The notes: generated by a model from the letters alone, not told the origin. Shown: positions 10,739-21,389, counted from the first letter of the stretch. The stretch: 64,000 bases of DNA from a virus (IMGVR_UViG_2837218921_000006:1-64000), one strand, 5' to 3'. Translations and numbers: made by a program.

Positions 10739-11374
10739 TTGAATTTTTCCTTTTATCTTTTGAATGTTTCTTGATTTTATAGCACAAAAAATCTCTCGAC
10801 AAGCCTGAAATAGCATGCCGGATTACAAAGACAATGACATTCAAATCGAATTAATTAGATTTGAATGTGGAAAAATTACCAAGGTTTATGATATGCAATA
10901 TTAACGGTGTTTTTACCTGTTAATATTGTACAATTGTTCATAATCATATTGAAAACCACTATATATGTTGCGACTTATCTTAATTGGGATGGTATTATAT
11001 GCACACCGAATCCGCTGCAAAGTTACAATAAATTATTCGATTTTTGCACTAACTAAAGTAAAGAATTTCAATGCTTCCTGAATTTTGCCTTTCCTTTTTT
11101 ATCCAAATCTGCAAAAAATAACGGCATAAGCAAATAGGTATATATCGAAAGGCAAAAAATGGCGAATACTGTTTGTATTGGATACTATATCAAAGATTTG
11201 TCGTATCTTTGCACCTGAAAGAGTTATTTGATAGTAAAACACCGCAAAACGCTGAAAATCGCACGGTTTCCTAGTCGTTACCATTACTTTTCAGATACTC
11301 CGTTAAATGTTTATTCGGCTCAAGCCGAAAGCACGGTGCATATGTTAAATTGGGCAATTAGAAGTGTTAAATTT

Positions 11375-12340
11375 TTAGGCGTAGAGTTTGACTAATCGGA
11401 AGATGAAGAAGTCGCGGTCCCGGACACCACGCATTTGTGAGCGAAATATTTTGACTTTAGAGTTGAATGCCTCGGCAGAGGCATTGGTCGCACGACGACG
11501 GAAATAGTTCAGGATTGTTGGGGCGTGGTTCTTGAATGTTTTGATTACCGAGCGGAAGTTGTTGTTACCCAATGCCATTACCTTTTCATACCACTTGTTC
11601 ATCCTCCCCATGGCTTTTGTCGGTGAGATTTTAGCGTTGAAAATCTTGCGCAGCTCCATCGCAAGGCTGTATGCAGCCTTCAATATTGGATAGTATTTGA
11701 ACAGTATGTTGACACGATGGCGCTGTATGTCAGTCCATTTGTTCTGCGACATCATCAGAGTGTGTTTGCTGCGAGCCAGTATCTGGCGCATGGTCTCTCC
11801 GTTGGAGTACGTTACCGGCGGTTCGGACTTGTTGCGGTTGTTTTCCTCTGCGATGAGCTGTCGGCGAATGTCAATGCGGATTTCGTCAACGGCCTCATTA
11901 TAGACCTGTTGGACATGAAAACGGTCGTTGACTACATGGGCGTTATAGAACACTTCTGCGGCTATGAGCATCATTGATGGCGAGAGATCGCAGGTCACTT
12001 CCTTGACCCTGCGTCTGATTGATTTCTCCATAGCTCCGATGAGTATGGATATAATTTCGTCACTCTTTGTTCCGGGAATGGCTGCCGCAAGTGTTCCCTT
12101 GCCTCCGTGGCCGTCCTTGTTGGTCAGGAACGTCCATACCTCCCCGTTGCTCAGACACGTCTCATCAAGACTCATGTAAGGGCCGATATTATCGGCGTTG
12201 AAATAGAACCCACAGCCAAGCTCCTGTTCGCACCAGTCGGCGTAACCGCTTATCTTATTGCGGTACAAGTCGGCAAAATGTTTGCCGTTGACGCAGTACA
12301 TCTGCGCTATCTGTTTAATCGACAGGGCTGTCGTCTCCAC
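11375..12340 (-). CDS. ISL3-type DDE transposase, catalytic ORF
   Basis: SLDET, VTCDLS, DRFHV and TNASAEAFNSKVK motifs. Confidence 0.9.
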   Translation of the reverse strand: METTALSIKQIAQMYCVNGKHFADLYRNKISGYADWCEQELGCGFYFNADNIGPYMSLDETCLSNGEVWTFLTNKDGHGGKGTLAAAIPGTKSDEIISILIGAMEKSIRRRVKEVTCDLSPSMMLIAAEVFYNAHVVNDRFHVQQVYNEAVDEIRIDIRRQLIAEENNRNKSEPPVTYSNGETMRQILARSKHTLMMSQNKWTDIQRHRVNILFKYYPILKAAYSLAMELRKIFNAKISPTKAMGRMNKWYEKVMALGNNNFRSVIKTFKNHAPTILNYFRRRATNASAEAFNSKVKIFRSQMRGVRDRDFFIFRLVKLYA

Positions 12341-12686
12341 CTTCGTCTTTTAAAAAAGCCACGAACTCGGCGCTGAGTCGTGTTCCTTCCTCGTTGGGAA
12401 GTTCGAGATTGTAGCTGAAGATTTCGTTGGTCTGCCTGTCCCACCACTTGTTCTTGCGCATGTGAAGAAATACAGGCCGTCCACGCATCGGATAGTCCTG
12501 TATTGTTACATAATCCGTATAGCCTCGCGCTACGATATTTGGATTACGATAGTCTTCATCAGACAGTTTCTTCTTTTCGTCAAGCCATATGTCATAGGAC
12601 TGTTCCGTGCGCTCGAAGCGCACCATTTCAAATAGTTCGTCCATGCCCTCGGGCAGGCACATCCATATTGCATCTGCGGTTTTCAT
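12315..12686 (-). CDS. ISAon1-type transposase N-terminal region ORF
   Basis: IQDYPMRGRPVFLHMRKNKW motif; overlaps the catalytic ORF. Confidence 0.85.
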   Translation of the reverse strand: MKTADAIWMCLPEGMDELFEMVRFERTEQSYDIWLDEKKKLSDEDYRNPNIVARGYTDYVTIQDYPMRGRPVFLHMRKNKWWDRQTNEIFSYNLELPNEEGTRLSAEFVAFLKDEGGDDSPVD

Positions 12687-13087
12687 GCCACAAATTTAAC
12701 ACTTTTCTCAAAATTCATGCACCGTGCTTTCGGCTTGACCCGTTTATTCATCAAACGGTTAGACGAAACCGTTCAGAATTTAAAATAGTTGAATTAATTT
12801 GTCAATGGCTATAACACCGGAGATGTCTGATTTGTTTATTGATGCTGATGGAAAAATTCCTTGATCTTTTAGTCCTCTGAATAGATCGAATTTCCATGCC
12901 TTGTTGATAGACCGGTATACCGGTAGCTTGTTTTTTTGCAAATGGGGGAGGGAGAAGTTGTTGATCTATAACGAAACAAACTTCTTGGTAAGGTGCATAC
13001 CTGTCGGTAAGTTGTTGGTTTATTTTGGGTTCCATGTAATTTCGCAGTGTGAAAATAATAGGAACAAGATTGAAAATTAGTTAGACA

Positions 13088-13741
13088 ATGAAAAAAGTAA
13101 TAGTAATCAATGGCAGCCCCAGGCGTAATGGAAACACTCTTCGTATGGCTGATTCAGTGGTTGCCGGTATTCAAACTGTGCTTTCGGAAGTAGAGGTGAA
13201 GTGGTATGATCTTTATGAATTCAGGTATAGTGGATGTCGCAGTTGTTTTGCCTGTAAAGCGAAGGATGGTGGTAGCTATGGACGATGTGTGATTGGCGAT
13301 GATTTGTCAGCAGTGCTTGACCAGATCGCCGATGCAGATTGCCTGATAGTTGCATCGCCAGTATATCTTATGGATGTAAGCGGTCAGACACGGAGCTTTG
13401 CCGAGCGGTTGTGTTTCTCGTTGGGCTCATATGAAAAGGGCTACCGGTCGCTTGCGAAGAAAAATATGCCTGTCGTAACGGTCTACACCATGAATGCACT
13501 ACCAGAAATGGCCTCCTACAGGGCATTTGATAATATAGAATACTTCCTTGGACATATATTTTCACTACCACGGCGCCTGTGTGCACTCAATACTTATCAA
13601 TTTCAGGATTATACCAAATATGTAGTCGAGACATTCTCCGAGCTGGAAAAGGCATACTGGCGTGACGTGCATTTTAAGGATGATTTGCAAGCAGCTTTTG
13701 ATGCGGGCAAAGATATCGCCGGACAATTGCATGAAGGGTAG
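13088..13741 (+). CDS. Flavodoxin-fold iron-sulfur flavoprotein (NADPH-dependent FMN reductase family)
   Basis: INGSPRRNGNT, CRSCFAC...C cysteine cluster, ASPVY. Confidence 0.88.
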   Translation: MKKVIVINGSPRRNGNTLRMADSVVAGIQTVLSEVEVKWYDLYEFRYSGCRSCFACKAKDGGSYGRCVIGDDLSAVLDQIADADCLIVASPVYLMDVSGQTRSFAERLCFSLGSYEKGYRSLAKKNMPVVTVYTMNALPEMASYRAFDNIEYFLGHIFSLPRRLCALNTYQFQDYTKYVVETFSELEKAYWRDVHFKDDLQAAFDAGKDIAGQLHEG

Positions 13742-14158
13742 GGGACGGCGAAAGTCAGTTTCGGGCTTGTTTTTTTATATTGTTGTCATCGACATACGGC
13801 CCGGATGTCAAAAAAACAGAAATAATGACTCCCAAAAAATCGCATATGAAATAAGTTTGCAATTGTGACAGATATAAATGAATGTTTTTGTCTGGAAGAA
13901 TCAGTTTGTGCGGTTGATGATGCTGGTCTTACTGGCAATCATCTGATGTATAATGTGTTGCTGCTCATATGAACGGTGCGGAATGATCTTGAACACTGAG
14001 TTGAGAAGATAAATGCGAAAAGAAAAACGAAAAGAAAAATCATTTTTTTGAAAAAAATATTCAAAAATATTTGCATGATTAAAAAAAACTCTCTACCTTT
14101 GCATCGCTTTTAAGGAAAAGCCCACTTGAAAACTCAAGCGGTCACCGACCAAAGCATT

Positions 14159-14231
14159 GATTCGCTAGCTCAGCTGGTAGAGCACAACACTTTTAATGTT
14201 GGGGTCCTGGGTTCGAGCCCCAGGCGGATCA
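14159..14231 (+). tRNA. tRNA-Lys (anticodon TTT)
   Basis: Complete cloverleaf GATTCGC...GCGGATC-A; anticodon arm CAACA-CTTTTAA-TGTTG; GTTCGAG T-loop. Confidence 0.97.
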
Positions 14232-14240
14232 CTTGAAATT

Positions 14241-14275
14241 AAACCCAAACATCTATATATCAGATGTTTGGGTTT
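14241..14275 (+). terminator. Hairpin after tRNA-Lys
   Basis: AAACCCAAACATCT...AGATGTTTGGGTTT. Confidence 0.7.
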
Positions 14276-14443
14276 TCTTATTTTTGAAGATTGTCCACAA
14301 ATTGTCCACCAAATGAAGAGCTGCGCTGATGTGGACAAAAATTTTTCGATGTTGAGTGTTAAATTTTCTCAAACATTATGGCCGGGGTGCGTGTTTTGTA
14401 TTTCGGTGCGAATTTTTCGTGCTGCAACAACTATCCCCCATTT

Positions 14444-15433
14444 ATGAACAACGAGGAAAAAATTGAACACGCAAAAGGGCTTCTCCGCGAATGGAAAGCC
14501 ACACACCACGAGGAATACTGCAACTTCACCGACTGGATGCATGACCGCGAAGGCCCCGGCTTCATCGCGGTATTCAACCATGCCAAGGCTTTCATGCCGC
14601 AATTTGAGACAGCCGTGCTGCTGCATCTTAAAGATGACAGCTCGAATGATGTGGGCCATCTGGAAAAGATGCTTGTCGAGGGAGGCATGGAGAACCATCT
14701 GCTGACAGGGCTGAATACTCCCCACATACCCGGCAACATTTTCCTGCCGATGTTGGCATGGATGTTCTACGGGCGCAGCTTCGAGTGTATGGTGGAGTAC
14801 GGAGAAGACCTTATCAGAAATCCCAAGACTAATTTTCTTATACGCTTGGGAGCGAAACACCATATCAAGTGGATAATCAAGAGCAGCATAGCATTGAAAG
14901 GCCGAACAGAAGAGGACTGGGCTAACTTTGTCGAGGAACAGCGCGAGATGGGCAGCGAACCTAACGTTACCGCCAAGACCATCGCCAAGTTGAAGACAGC
15001 TTCGGAAGAAATACGGGAATTTGTAAAACCCGCAGGAAAGAAAGGTGCTCCGGGCAGAGCCGCCCGTCGTCGCCCGTTGACCGAGCTTTTGCCCAATGGC
15101 GACAATTATCTCTTTGACTGCATCGACAACCATGTGAAGATACGCAATAGCGGCAAGGATTTCGCCATGCTATTTATCGTGCTTAACGAGGGGCAGGCGT
15201 TGGCGAGAACCAATATCGTCGAGTTTCATTCCGCTCTCTCCGAAAGATACAAGGATAATCCCGGAATACCAATCCCAACCCCGCGCAGCATACAGGAGGG
15301 TCACAAGAGCTATATGGAGCTTACCGAGTACAAGGGCAACAAAATCCGAATGTTCGAGCGGCCGGAGTATATTTCCGAATACAATGACATCCGGGAGAAG
15401 CTGAGTGTAGCCGATTATATGTTTGCCGACTGA
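14444..15433 (+). CDS. Hypothetical protein of the IME
   Basis: Long ORF, ATG 14444, followed by a hairpin; no motif recognised. Confidence 0.7.
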   Translation: MNNEEKIEHAKGLLREWKATHHEEYCNFTDWMHDREGPGFIAVFNHAKAFMPQFETAVLLHLKDDSSNDVGHLEKMLVEGGMENHLLTGLNTPHIPGNIFLPMLAWMFYGRSFECMVEYGEDLIRNPKTNFLIRLGAKHHIKWIIKSSIALKGRTEEDWANFVEEQREMGSEPNVTAKTIAKLKTASEEIREFVKPAGKKGAPGRAARRRPLTELLPNGDNYLFDCIDNHVKIRNSGKDFAMLFIVLNEGQALARTNIVEFHSALSERYKDNPGIPIPTPRSIQEGHKSYMELTEYKGNKIRMFERPEYISEYNDIREKLSVADYMFAD

Positions 15434-15807
15434 CATAAGCGCTCGACCAAAACCATAATGCAGAAGCCATCTGACAATTTTGTCGGGTGGCTTTTGTCGT
15501 TTTTGGCAGTTTGGTTTACCCCTATTTCAGACAAATTTCTTCGTTTTATTTCGTTACGAACCAAAACGAATTTAACCCACTATCTATCAGTGTTATACAT
15601 TTGCAAGGGCACGAGATTTGTGCTTTCTTTGCACCGCTGTAACGCTGAAAACGCATAGTGGTAACGAGGCTCAACGGGGAAAATAGACCGGTCGCCCCCA
15701 ACGCCTCAATACGATTGCCGATGCGTCAGGCTGAACAGCCTTTGACTGCATTTAACTGTTGTCGGTGCGGTCAATGTCTTAACCCAGATGACGCGAATAA
15801 AATCAAC

Positions 15808-16125
15808 ATGACAGGTTTATCCGAACTTTTGCAGGAAGGAGTGGCCGGGCTTACACTGGCCATCCCCCTGTGCGACCTCAAGGAATTTGCCGACTATATA
15901 GTAGCAAAGACCAAGGAGGAACTGCTGCCTACGTTGAAGGCGGCGGACACAGATCCGCTTATTCCCCGTTTGGAGGTGATGCGGATGCTTGGTGTATGCG
16001 CCAACACCCTTAGAAACTGGCGTAGGAGCAAATATCTTGAAGCCGTGCTTGTGGGCGCGAAAGTGTATTACCGCACGTCGGCTGTTAACAAAGTCCTTAA
16101 TGAGTATGGAAAAGAACGTATCTGA
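15808..16125 (+). CDS. Helix-turn-helix excisionase-like protein
   Basis: PRLEVMRMLGVCANTLRNWRR...GAKVYY HTH_17-type motif. Confidence 0.85.
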   Translation: MTGLSELLQEGVAGLTLAIPLCDLKEFADYIVAKTKEELLPTLKAADTDPLIPRLEVMRMLGVCANTLRNWRRSKYLEAVLVGAKVYYRTSAVNKVLNEYGKERI

Positions 16126-17479
16126 CAGAAAAGGTATCGACCCGATGCTCGTGCTCGGCAAGGCCGTTGACATGAGCGTGAAGATTAAAGGCGGCGATTT
16201 CCCTTTGGGTGCCATGCCTATGAAGATTCAGCGTATCGTGCGGGAGGCGAATGAGTGTTACGGTTACCCGGTGGATTATCTGGCAGGAGCTATGCTTGTG
16301 GCTGTCGGGCTGGGTATCGGCAATACCCATTTCGCCCGGCTCAAAGGGAAATGGGATGAGAGCGCGATTCTTTTCATGGCTCTTGTCGGCAGACCCGGTG
16401 CCTGTAAGTCGCATCCGCTGAATTTCGCCATACGTCCGTTCACTGAGCTGGACGGTAAGGCAACACGCGCATACGTCAAGGAGTGCGAGGAATACGAGCG
16501 TCAGCGTGAACTGCCGATGAAGGAGCGTACAGCCCCACACCCTGTGGCCCCGGTATGCAAACGTTTTCTTATTTCTGATGCCACCCCGGAAGCCATGCTG
16601 CTTATTCACTCGCAGAATCTGCGTGGCATACTTATGTGGAATGACGAGCTTGCAGGATGGTTCAAGAACTTCAACCGCTACAACAAAGGTTCTGACGAGG
16701 AATACTGGCTCAAACTGTTCAATGCCAATCCGTCGTTCTCCGACCGCAAGGGCGTGAAAAACTCGGTTTATATCAGCCGTCCTTTTATCTCGGTTGTGGG
16801 AACTATACAGAACGGTATACTCAATGAGCTGGCTCAGGGAAGTCGCACCTCAAATGGTTTCATCGACCGTCTGCTGTTCGTTATGCCCGGCAATCAGGAC
16901 AAGCAGCCGTGGAGCGACAGAGAACCATCGTTCGACATAGAAGCGGCATGGGCTGACATCATCGGCAGACTTGTGGCAATGCCCTACGAAACCGATGATG
17001 ACGGCAATATCGTCGCTGGGATTCTGCCTTTCACTCCTGAGGCAAAATCGCGACTTTACGAATGGCAACGTCAGAACACTGAGGAATGTAACCGGGAGGA
17101 ATGTGACGCACTGAAAGGTGTCTATAACAAGTTCGATTTCCATGCCATACGCTTTTGTCTAATAATGCAAATGGCGCGCTGGGCATGTGGTGAAGCTGAC
17201 AAATCGGAAATAGAGCTTGTATCGGTTGAAAATGCCATATCACTTGTGGATTATTTCAAGACAACCGCCACAAGAGTGCAGGGCATTATCCGCGAGCTGT
17301 CGCTGTCGGAACTGCAAAGAGCCGTGATGTCGGCTCTACCCGATGAGTTCACAACTGAACAGGGTGTTGAAATCGCAGCCGACAATTCTATGCCGGAGCG
17401 TACTTTCAAGGATTTTATCAGGCGTTTCACCGGGATTCACTTTCAGAAAATACGTCATGGAATTTATGGCAAGATATGA
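16100..17479 (+). CDS. DUF3987/YfjI-like P-loop helicase-type protein
   Basis: GRPGACKS Walker A, DATPEA, NDELAGW, VGTIQ, NGFIDRLL. Confidence 0.82.
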   Translation: MSMEKNVSDRKGIDPMLVLGKAVDMSVKIKGGDFPLGAMPMKIQRIVREANECYGYPVDYLAGAMLVAVGLGIGNTHFARLKGKWDESAILFMALVGRPGACKSHPLNFAIRPFTELDGKATRAYVKECEEYERQRELPMKERTAPHPVAPVCKRFLISDATPEAMLLIHSQNLRGILMWNDELAGWFKNFNRYNKGSDEEYWLKLFNANPSFSDRKGVKNSVYISRPFISVVGTIQNGILNELAQGSRTSNGFIDRLLFVMPGNQDKQPWSDREPSFDIEAAWADIIGRLVAMPYETDDDGNIVAGILPFTPEAKSRLYEWQRQNTEECNREECDALKGVYNKFDFHAIRFCLIMQMARWACGEADKSEIELVSVENAISLVDYFKTTATRVQGIIRELSLSELQRAVMSALPDEFTTEQGVEIAADNSMPERTFKDFIRRFTGIHFQKIRHGIYGKI

Positions 17480-17569
17480 CTGTAAACCTGCATTTTCTGC
17501 ACTTTTTGCATTTTCCTCCAACCAAAATGCAGATAATGCAGATAGTGCGAACCGATTTTTTGAGAATCT

Positions 17570-18655
17570 ATGAATAATATACACCGATTCATTCTCCAGC
17601 CATACAAAGGAGTGGCTACACGACATCCCTGCCCCGCCTGCCACAAGAAACGTTGTTTCAGCCGGTATATTGACACCGAGAAACAAATCTCGTTTCCCGA
17701 CGATGTCGGCAGATGCGACCATGAACAGAGCTGCGGCTATCATCTTACGCCGAAGGAATATTTCGAGCGTAATCCACAGGCGAAGCCTGTGCACTGTGAT
17801 TTCGCAACTCCGTCAGCATGGCGAGCCAAACCGACCGAGCAGCTAAAGCCTACCTCCTTCATCGCGGCAGAGACTGTTTCACAGACTCTGCACGGATATG
17901 AGAAGAACAATCTCTATCTGTTCCTCCGCTCCAAGTTTGGGCCCGAGGACGCGCTCCGTCTGATGAAGGATTACCGCGTAGGCACATCGAAGCACTGGCC
18001 GGGATCATGCGTCTTCTGGCAGACCGATATTAAAGGTTGTGTCCGCACGGGTAAGGTCATGCTCTACAATGCCGAAAACGGCAAGCGTGTCAAAGAGCCA
18101 TTCAATCATGTGACATGGGTTCATTCGCTGTTGAAGTTGCCGGAGTTCAATCTGCGTCAGTGCTTTTTCGGCGAACACCTCTTGCCGATGAACCGAGGCA
18201 AACCGGTTGCCATTGTCGAGAGCGAAAAAACTGCAATCGTGGCATCTTATTATCTGCCGGAATATGTGTGGCTGGCAACAGGTGGTAAAAACGGTTGCTT
18301 TAATGCCGATGCACTTCGTGTTCTCCGTGGCTGTCAGGTTATCCTGTATCCCGATATTGGCGCGACCGACCAGTGGCGGCAGAAGCTGAGTTTGTTACGC
18401 AGTCTCGGTATCGAGGCAAGCATCTTCAACCTCCTTGAAGAAGTTGCCACTGATGACGAGCGAACAGCCGGACTCGACATAGCAGATTATCTGCTGCAAA
18501 TCGAGCCTGACCAAGCGATACTGCAATCAATGATACGCTGTAATCCGATTTTGCAGAAACTCATGGATGATCTGCAACTCACTCTTGTGTCAGTTGAACG
18601 GTATAACCCGGATACTGATACTATTCACAAACCCTCAAAAACTGATAAATCATGA
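17570..18655 (+). CDS. Zinc-ribbon + Toprim primase-like protein (DUF6371-type)
   Basis: CPAC...CDHEQSCGYH; IVESEKTA, WLATGG, LYPD. Confidence 0.82.
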   Translation: MNNIHRFILQPYKGVATRHPCPACHKKRCFSRYIDTEKQISFPDDVGRCDHEQSCGYHLTPKEYFERNPQAKPVHCDFATPSAWRAKPTEQLKPTSFIAAETVSQTLHGYEKNNLYLFLRSKFGPEDALRLMKDYRVGTSKHWPGSCVFWQTDIKGCVRTGKVMLYNAENGKRVKEPFNHVTWVHSLLKLPEFNLRQCFFGEHLLPMNRGKPVAIVESEKTAIVASYYLPEYVWLATGGKNGCFNADALRVLRGCQVILYPDIGATDQWRQKLSLLRSLGIEASIFNLLEEVATDDERTAGLDIADYLLQIEPDQAILQSMIRCNPILQKLMDDLQLTLVSVERYNPDTDTIHKPSKTDKS

Positions 18656-19131
18656 CAGCAAAGAAATCTCCGTCAACAACCGCATCCAAGTCAACTCAGT
18701 TGACCGATGCGCCCGAATCCAAAGTATCAACCCATAATCCCGATTTTATTATGAAGTCAGATAACTCAACCAACCCTGTCAATCCTGTTAACAGCGACAA
18801 CGCTGTCAACAGCACTTCTCCTGCAAACACAGACAATCTGTTCGACAACGAGCAGACGGCAACCGACACTACCGAGCCACCGAAGCAACAGCGCGTGGGC
18901 AAGCAACAGCGCAAATCGGATTACGCCGATTTCAAGGCTACCTATCTCACGCCGGCAAAGCTGGAGAAGCGTCACCCTGTCAACATTGAGGACAGCGTGT
19001 GGGAGAAGTTCGAACGCATCGCCCGTATCCTCGGCGACCGTGACACCACCGTCGGCAGCTACATCAACGCCGTCCTCTTGGAGCATCTCAATCTCTATGC
19101 CAACGACATCGAAATATGGCGTAAACTCTGA
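18652..19131 (+). CDS. DUF3408-like ribbon-helix-helix protein
   Basis: C-terminal TVGSYINAVLLEHL motif typical of Bacteroidetes mobilization modules. Confidence 0.7.
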   Translation: MTAKKSPSTTASKSTQLTDAPESKVSTHNPDFIMKSDNSTNPVNPVNSDNAVNSTSPANTDNLFDNEQTATDTTEPPKQQRVGKQQRKSDYADFKATYLTPAKLEKRHPVNIEDSVWEKFERIARILGDRDTTVGSYINAVLLEHLNLYANDIEIWRKL

Positions 19132-19139
19132 GATGATAA

Positions 19140-19295
19140 TGTCGGGATACCACTGCACCCGGTACACCGTGGGGCAGCTTCCCGATGAACGTAGTGAATT
19201 GGGAAGGCAAGGATATGTTTCGGGATTTCTTTTTCTCCGAAAACGACTCCCCAAAACTGCGCAGCATAAGCCGCTCTTTGCCTCCCCGATTCACA
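19140..19295. promoter_or_regulatory. Probable oriT region
   Basis: Non-coding gap before mobC/relaxase with GGGAAGGCAA...TTTGCCTCCCC and TTTCGG...CCGAAA inverted repeats. Confidence 0.5.
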
Positions 19296-19307
19296 TAAAC
19301 CACAACA

Positions 19308-19703
19308 ATGTCTACTATGAGTAAACCTACTGTCAGGAAGGGCGGTCGTCCCTCTAAACCGACCGATGAGAAGCGCACCCATGTGGTGACAATCAAACTG
19401 AACGATGCCGAATACTCCGACCTTCTGGAGCGGTCAAAAGCCGCCGGAGTAAAGATGGCGGAGTATGTCAGGCATGGCGCGTTCCGTCTCACTATCGTCA
19501 GTCGCCTGAGCGAGATTGAAAAGGAGATTGCCAAAGGAATACTAAATCTCAGCTCCGATTTCAATCAGGCAATGACCTGTTTTCATCAGCTCAAACTTCG
19601 CAGCGCGGCCAATAAATTAGCCGCCGTCGTCGATAAGATGTTTGACATTCTCAAAAAATTAAGACCCAATAAAGAGACTGACTATGTTTGCAAGAATACT
19701 TAA
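19308..19703 (+). CDS. MobC/MobA-like relaxosome accessory protein
   Basis: GGRP..KRTHVVTIKLNDAEY..AAGVKMAEYVR ribbon-helix-helix. Confidence 0.85.
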   Translation: MSTMSKPTVRKGGRPSKPTDEKRTHVVTIKLNDAEYSDLLERSKAAGVKMAEYVRHGAFRLTIVSRLSEIEKEIAKGILNLSSDFNQAMTCFHQLKLRSAANKLAAVVDKMFDILKKLRPNKETDYVCKNT

Positions 19704-20640
19704 AAGCGGCACGTTTCACGATGTCGTGGGGTATGTGACGCGCCAGTTCCACGACCCGAAAGAGTACACACCAGACACATGGCGCATCATCGGAAGCGAT
19801 AATATCTTCATCTCCGACTATGCGAAAATGGTTCAGTCGTTTGAAGCGATACATGGATTTATGCCCGGCAAGGAGAATCCGGCAGGACATATTTCCATCA
19901 GTTTTGACACCGCCGATGCGTCAAGACTGACCGATGAATTCATGGCTCAGCTCGCAAAAGAGTATATAGACGGTATGGGAATCAAGAACACCCAGTATCT
20001 TGTCGTGCGCCATCTGGAAACCGAACATCCGCATTTTCATATCGTCTATAACCGTGTGAATATGTCAGGCAATGCAGTCGACGAGCGCAAGAATTTCAGG
20101 CGCAGCGACCGTGTTGTAAAGGCTATCAAGGACAAATACGGACTCACATACTCGCCGCTGAAACAGAAATACGAGGACAAAATTCCGGTATTTAAGGAGC
20201 GGATCAGTCAGGCGATTTATGGCTGTAAGTCGTGGGATGAATTCTCGCGCCGACTCGCCTGTGCAGGAATTGAGGTAAAATTCCATGATGACCACAACAC
20301 CGGCAAACACATCGGAGTGAAATTTACAGACGGTGACATAACGGTCAACGGGTCTAAAATCGACCGTGCTTTCACATATCGCCGACTGAACAACCTCTTT
20401 GAGTTCAACCGCAGGCATGGGCAACAACAGTCTGATCATGCTCCGGCACACCCCAAAGTAACGGTCGAATATACCCCGACGCAAAAGCCCTCACTTGTAG
20501 AAGATGTGATTGAAGCCACCGTCGGGGCAATCGGAAATTTGTTCACTCTCGGCCCCGGCTTCGATCCTGAGGAACAGGCGTTTCAAAACGCCATCAAGAA
20601 AGAAGAAGCCAAACGTAAACGCAAATCAAGAAAAATCTGA
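19684..20640 (+). CDS. MOBP-type relaxase
   Basis: VGYV, GHISISF, VVRHLETEHPHFHIVYNRV (3H motif). Confidence 0.92.
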   Translation: MFARILKSGTFHDVVGYVTRQFHDPKEYTPDTWRIIGSDNIFISDYAKMVQSFEAIHGFMPGKENPAGHISISFDTADASRLTDEFMAQLAKEYIDGMGIKNTQYLVVRHLETEHPHFHIVYNRVNMSGNAVDERKNFRRSDRVVKAIKDKYGLTYSPLKQKYEDKIPVFKERISQAIYGCKSWDEFSRRLACAGIEVKFHDDHNTGKHIGVKFTDGDITVNGSKIDRAFTYRRLNNLFEFNRRHGQQQSDHAPAHPKVTVEYTPTQKPSLVEDVIEATVGAIGNLFTLGPGFDPEEQAFQNAIKKEEAKRKRKSRKI

Positions 20641-20642
20641 AT

Positions 20643-21380
20643 ATGTCAAAGCTATATGATGACGTCAAGAAACAAGGTGAGCAGATTGACGACCTGCAAA
20701 AGACAGTAACCAACCACACCACCCGCATCGAGACCCTCGAAACAAAAGCGAAGGCAACGCCACCGCCACAAGCAGTCAATCAAGGGCCGATAACGGTGAA
20801 ATTGCCCGACAACATAGCAACCAATGAAAGCATCGGCAAACTGCTTGATGAGAAGCTACTGGAAACTTCAACCGACGGCACACTCAAAAAAGTCATGGAG
20901 CAACTGCCGGGTAGCCTGTCGAAAGGAGTTGCGGATGTACTGTCCGACAATCTGGGAGACAAGGTCAAGGACGCTCTTTATGAAGGATTCCGCAGGGAGT
21001 TTGCGGATGAGCGAAGAAAGCTCTATGACGTGGTGAACGACATGCGCTACAAAGCTCAGTCGATAATTTGGGGGCAATGGTGGCGTGCTACCCCACATTG
21101 GGTCTATGCCATCTTTGCTGTTCTACTTATCGCCGCCGGAGGATTCGGTTATGGATTCTTCTATCAGCTCAACAAAAACTCAAAGCTAAAAGATGTGGAA
21201 TGGCTCTACCGTTACGAGCGTGGACTTAACCGCGACATGAATGTGGTAATGCACCGTGAACGCCTTATGCTCCACGGCAAGCCCAACGAAGTTGACAGCA
21301 TGAGGTCGCTAATCCGACATCAGGAGCATAGAACCCAAGCCGACACCACTTTTGTAAACTACTATCCTACCAATCCCTAA
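20643..21380 (+). CDS. Membrane-anchored coiled-coil mobilization-associated protein
   Basis: Directly follows relaxase; TM segment VYAIFAVLLIAAGGFGYGFF. Confidence 0.65.
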   Translation: MSKLYDDVKKQGEQIDDLQKTVTNHTTRIETLETKAKATPPPQAVNQGPITVKLPDNIATNESIGKLLDEKLLETSTDGTLKKVMEQLPGSLSKGVADVLSDNLGDKVKDALYEGFRREFADERRKLYDVVNDMRYKAQSIIWGQWWRATPHWVYAIFAVLLIAAGGFGYGFFYQLNKNSKLKDVEWLYRYERGLNRDMNVVMHRERLMLHGKPNEVDSMRSLIRHQEHRTQADTTFVNYYPTNP

Positions 21381-21389
21381 ATATATCCC

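Larger units (their letters stand above)
1..11300. mobile_element. Mobilizable transposon / integrative mobilizable element with mef cargo (left end outside window, right end approximate)
   Basis: Gene order integrase - small ORF - primase/helicase - primase - oriT - MobV - cargo; no tra genes; right boundary not pinned by an att repeat. Confidence 0.75.
11317..12741 (-). mobile_element. ISAon1/ISL3-like insertion sequence
   Basis: Terminal IR GG(C/G)TCAAGCCGAAAGCACGGTGCAT; 8-bp target duplication GTTTATTC at 11309-11316 and 12742-12749. Confidence 0.93.

Noticed and set aside
9512-10816. Exact mef(A) or mef(En2) allele; start at 10816
   Set aside because: Sequence differs visibly from Mef(A) as I recall it and the allele cannot be fixed without a search; homology begins at Met 10738
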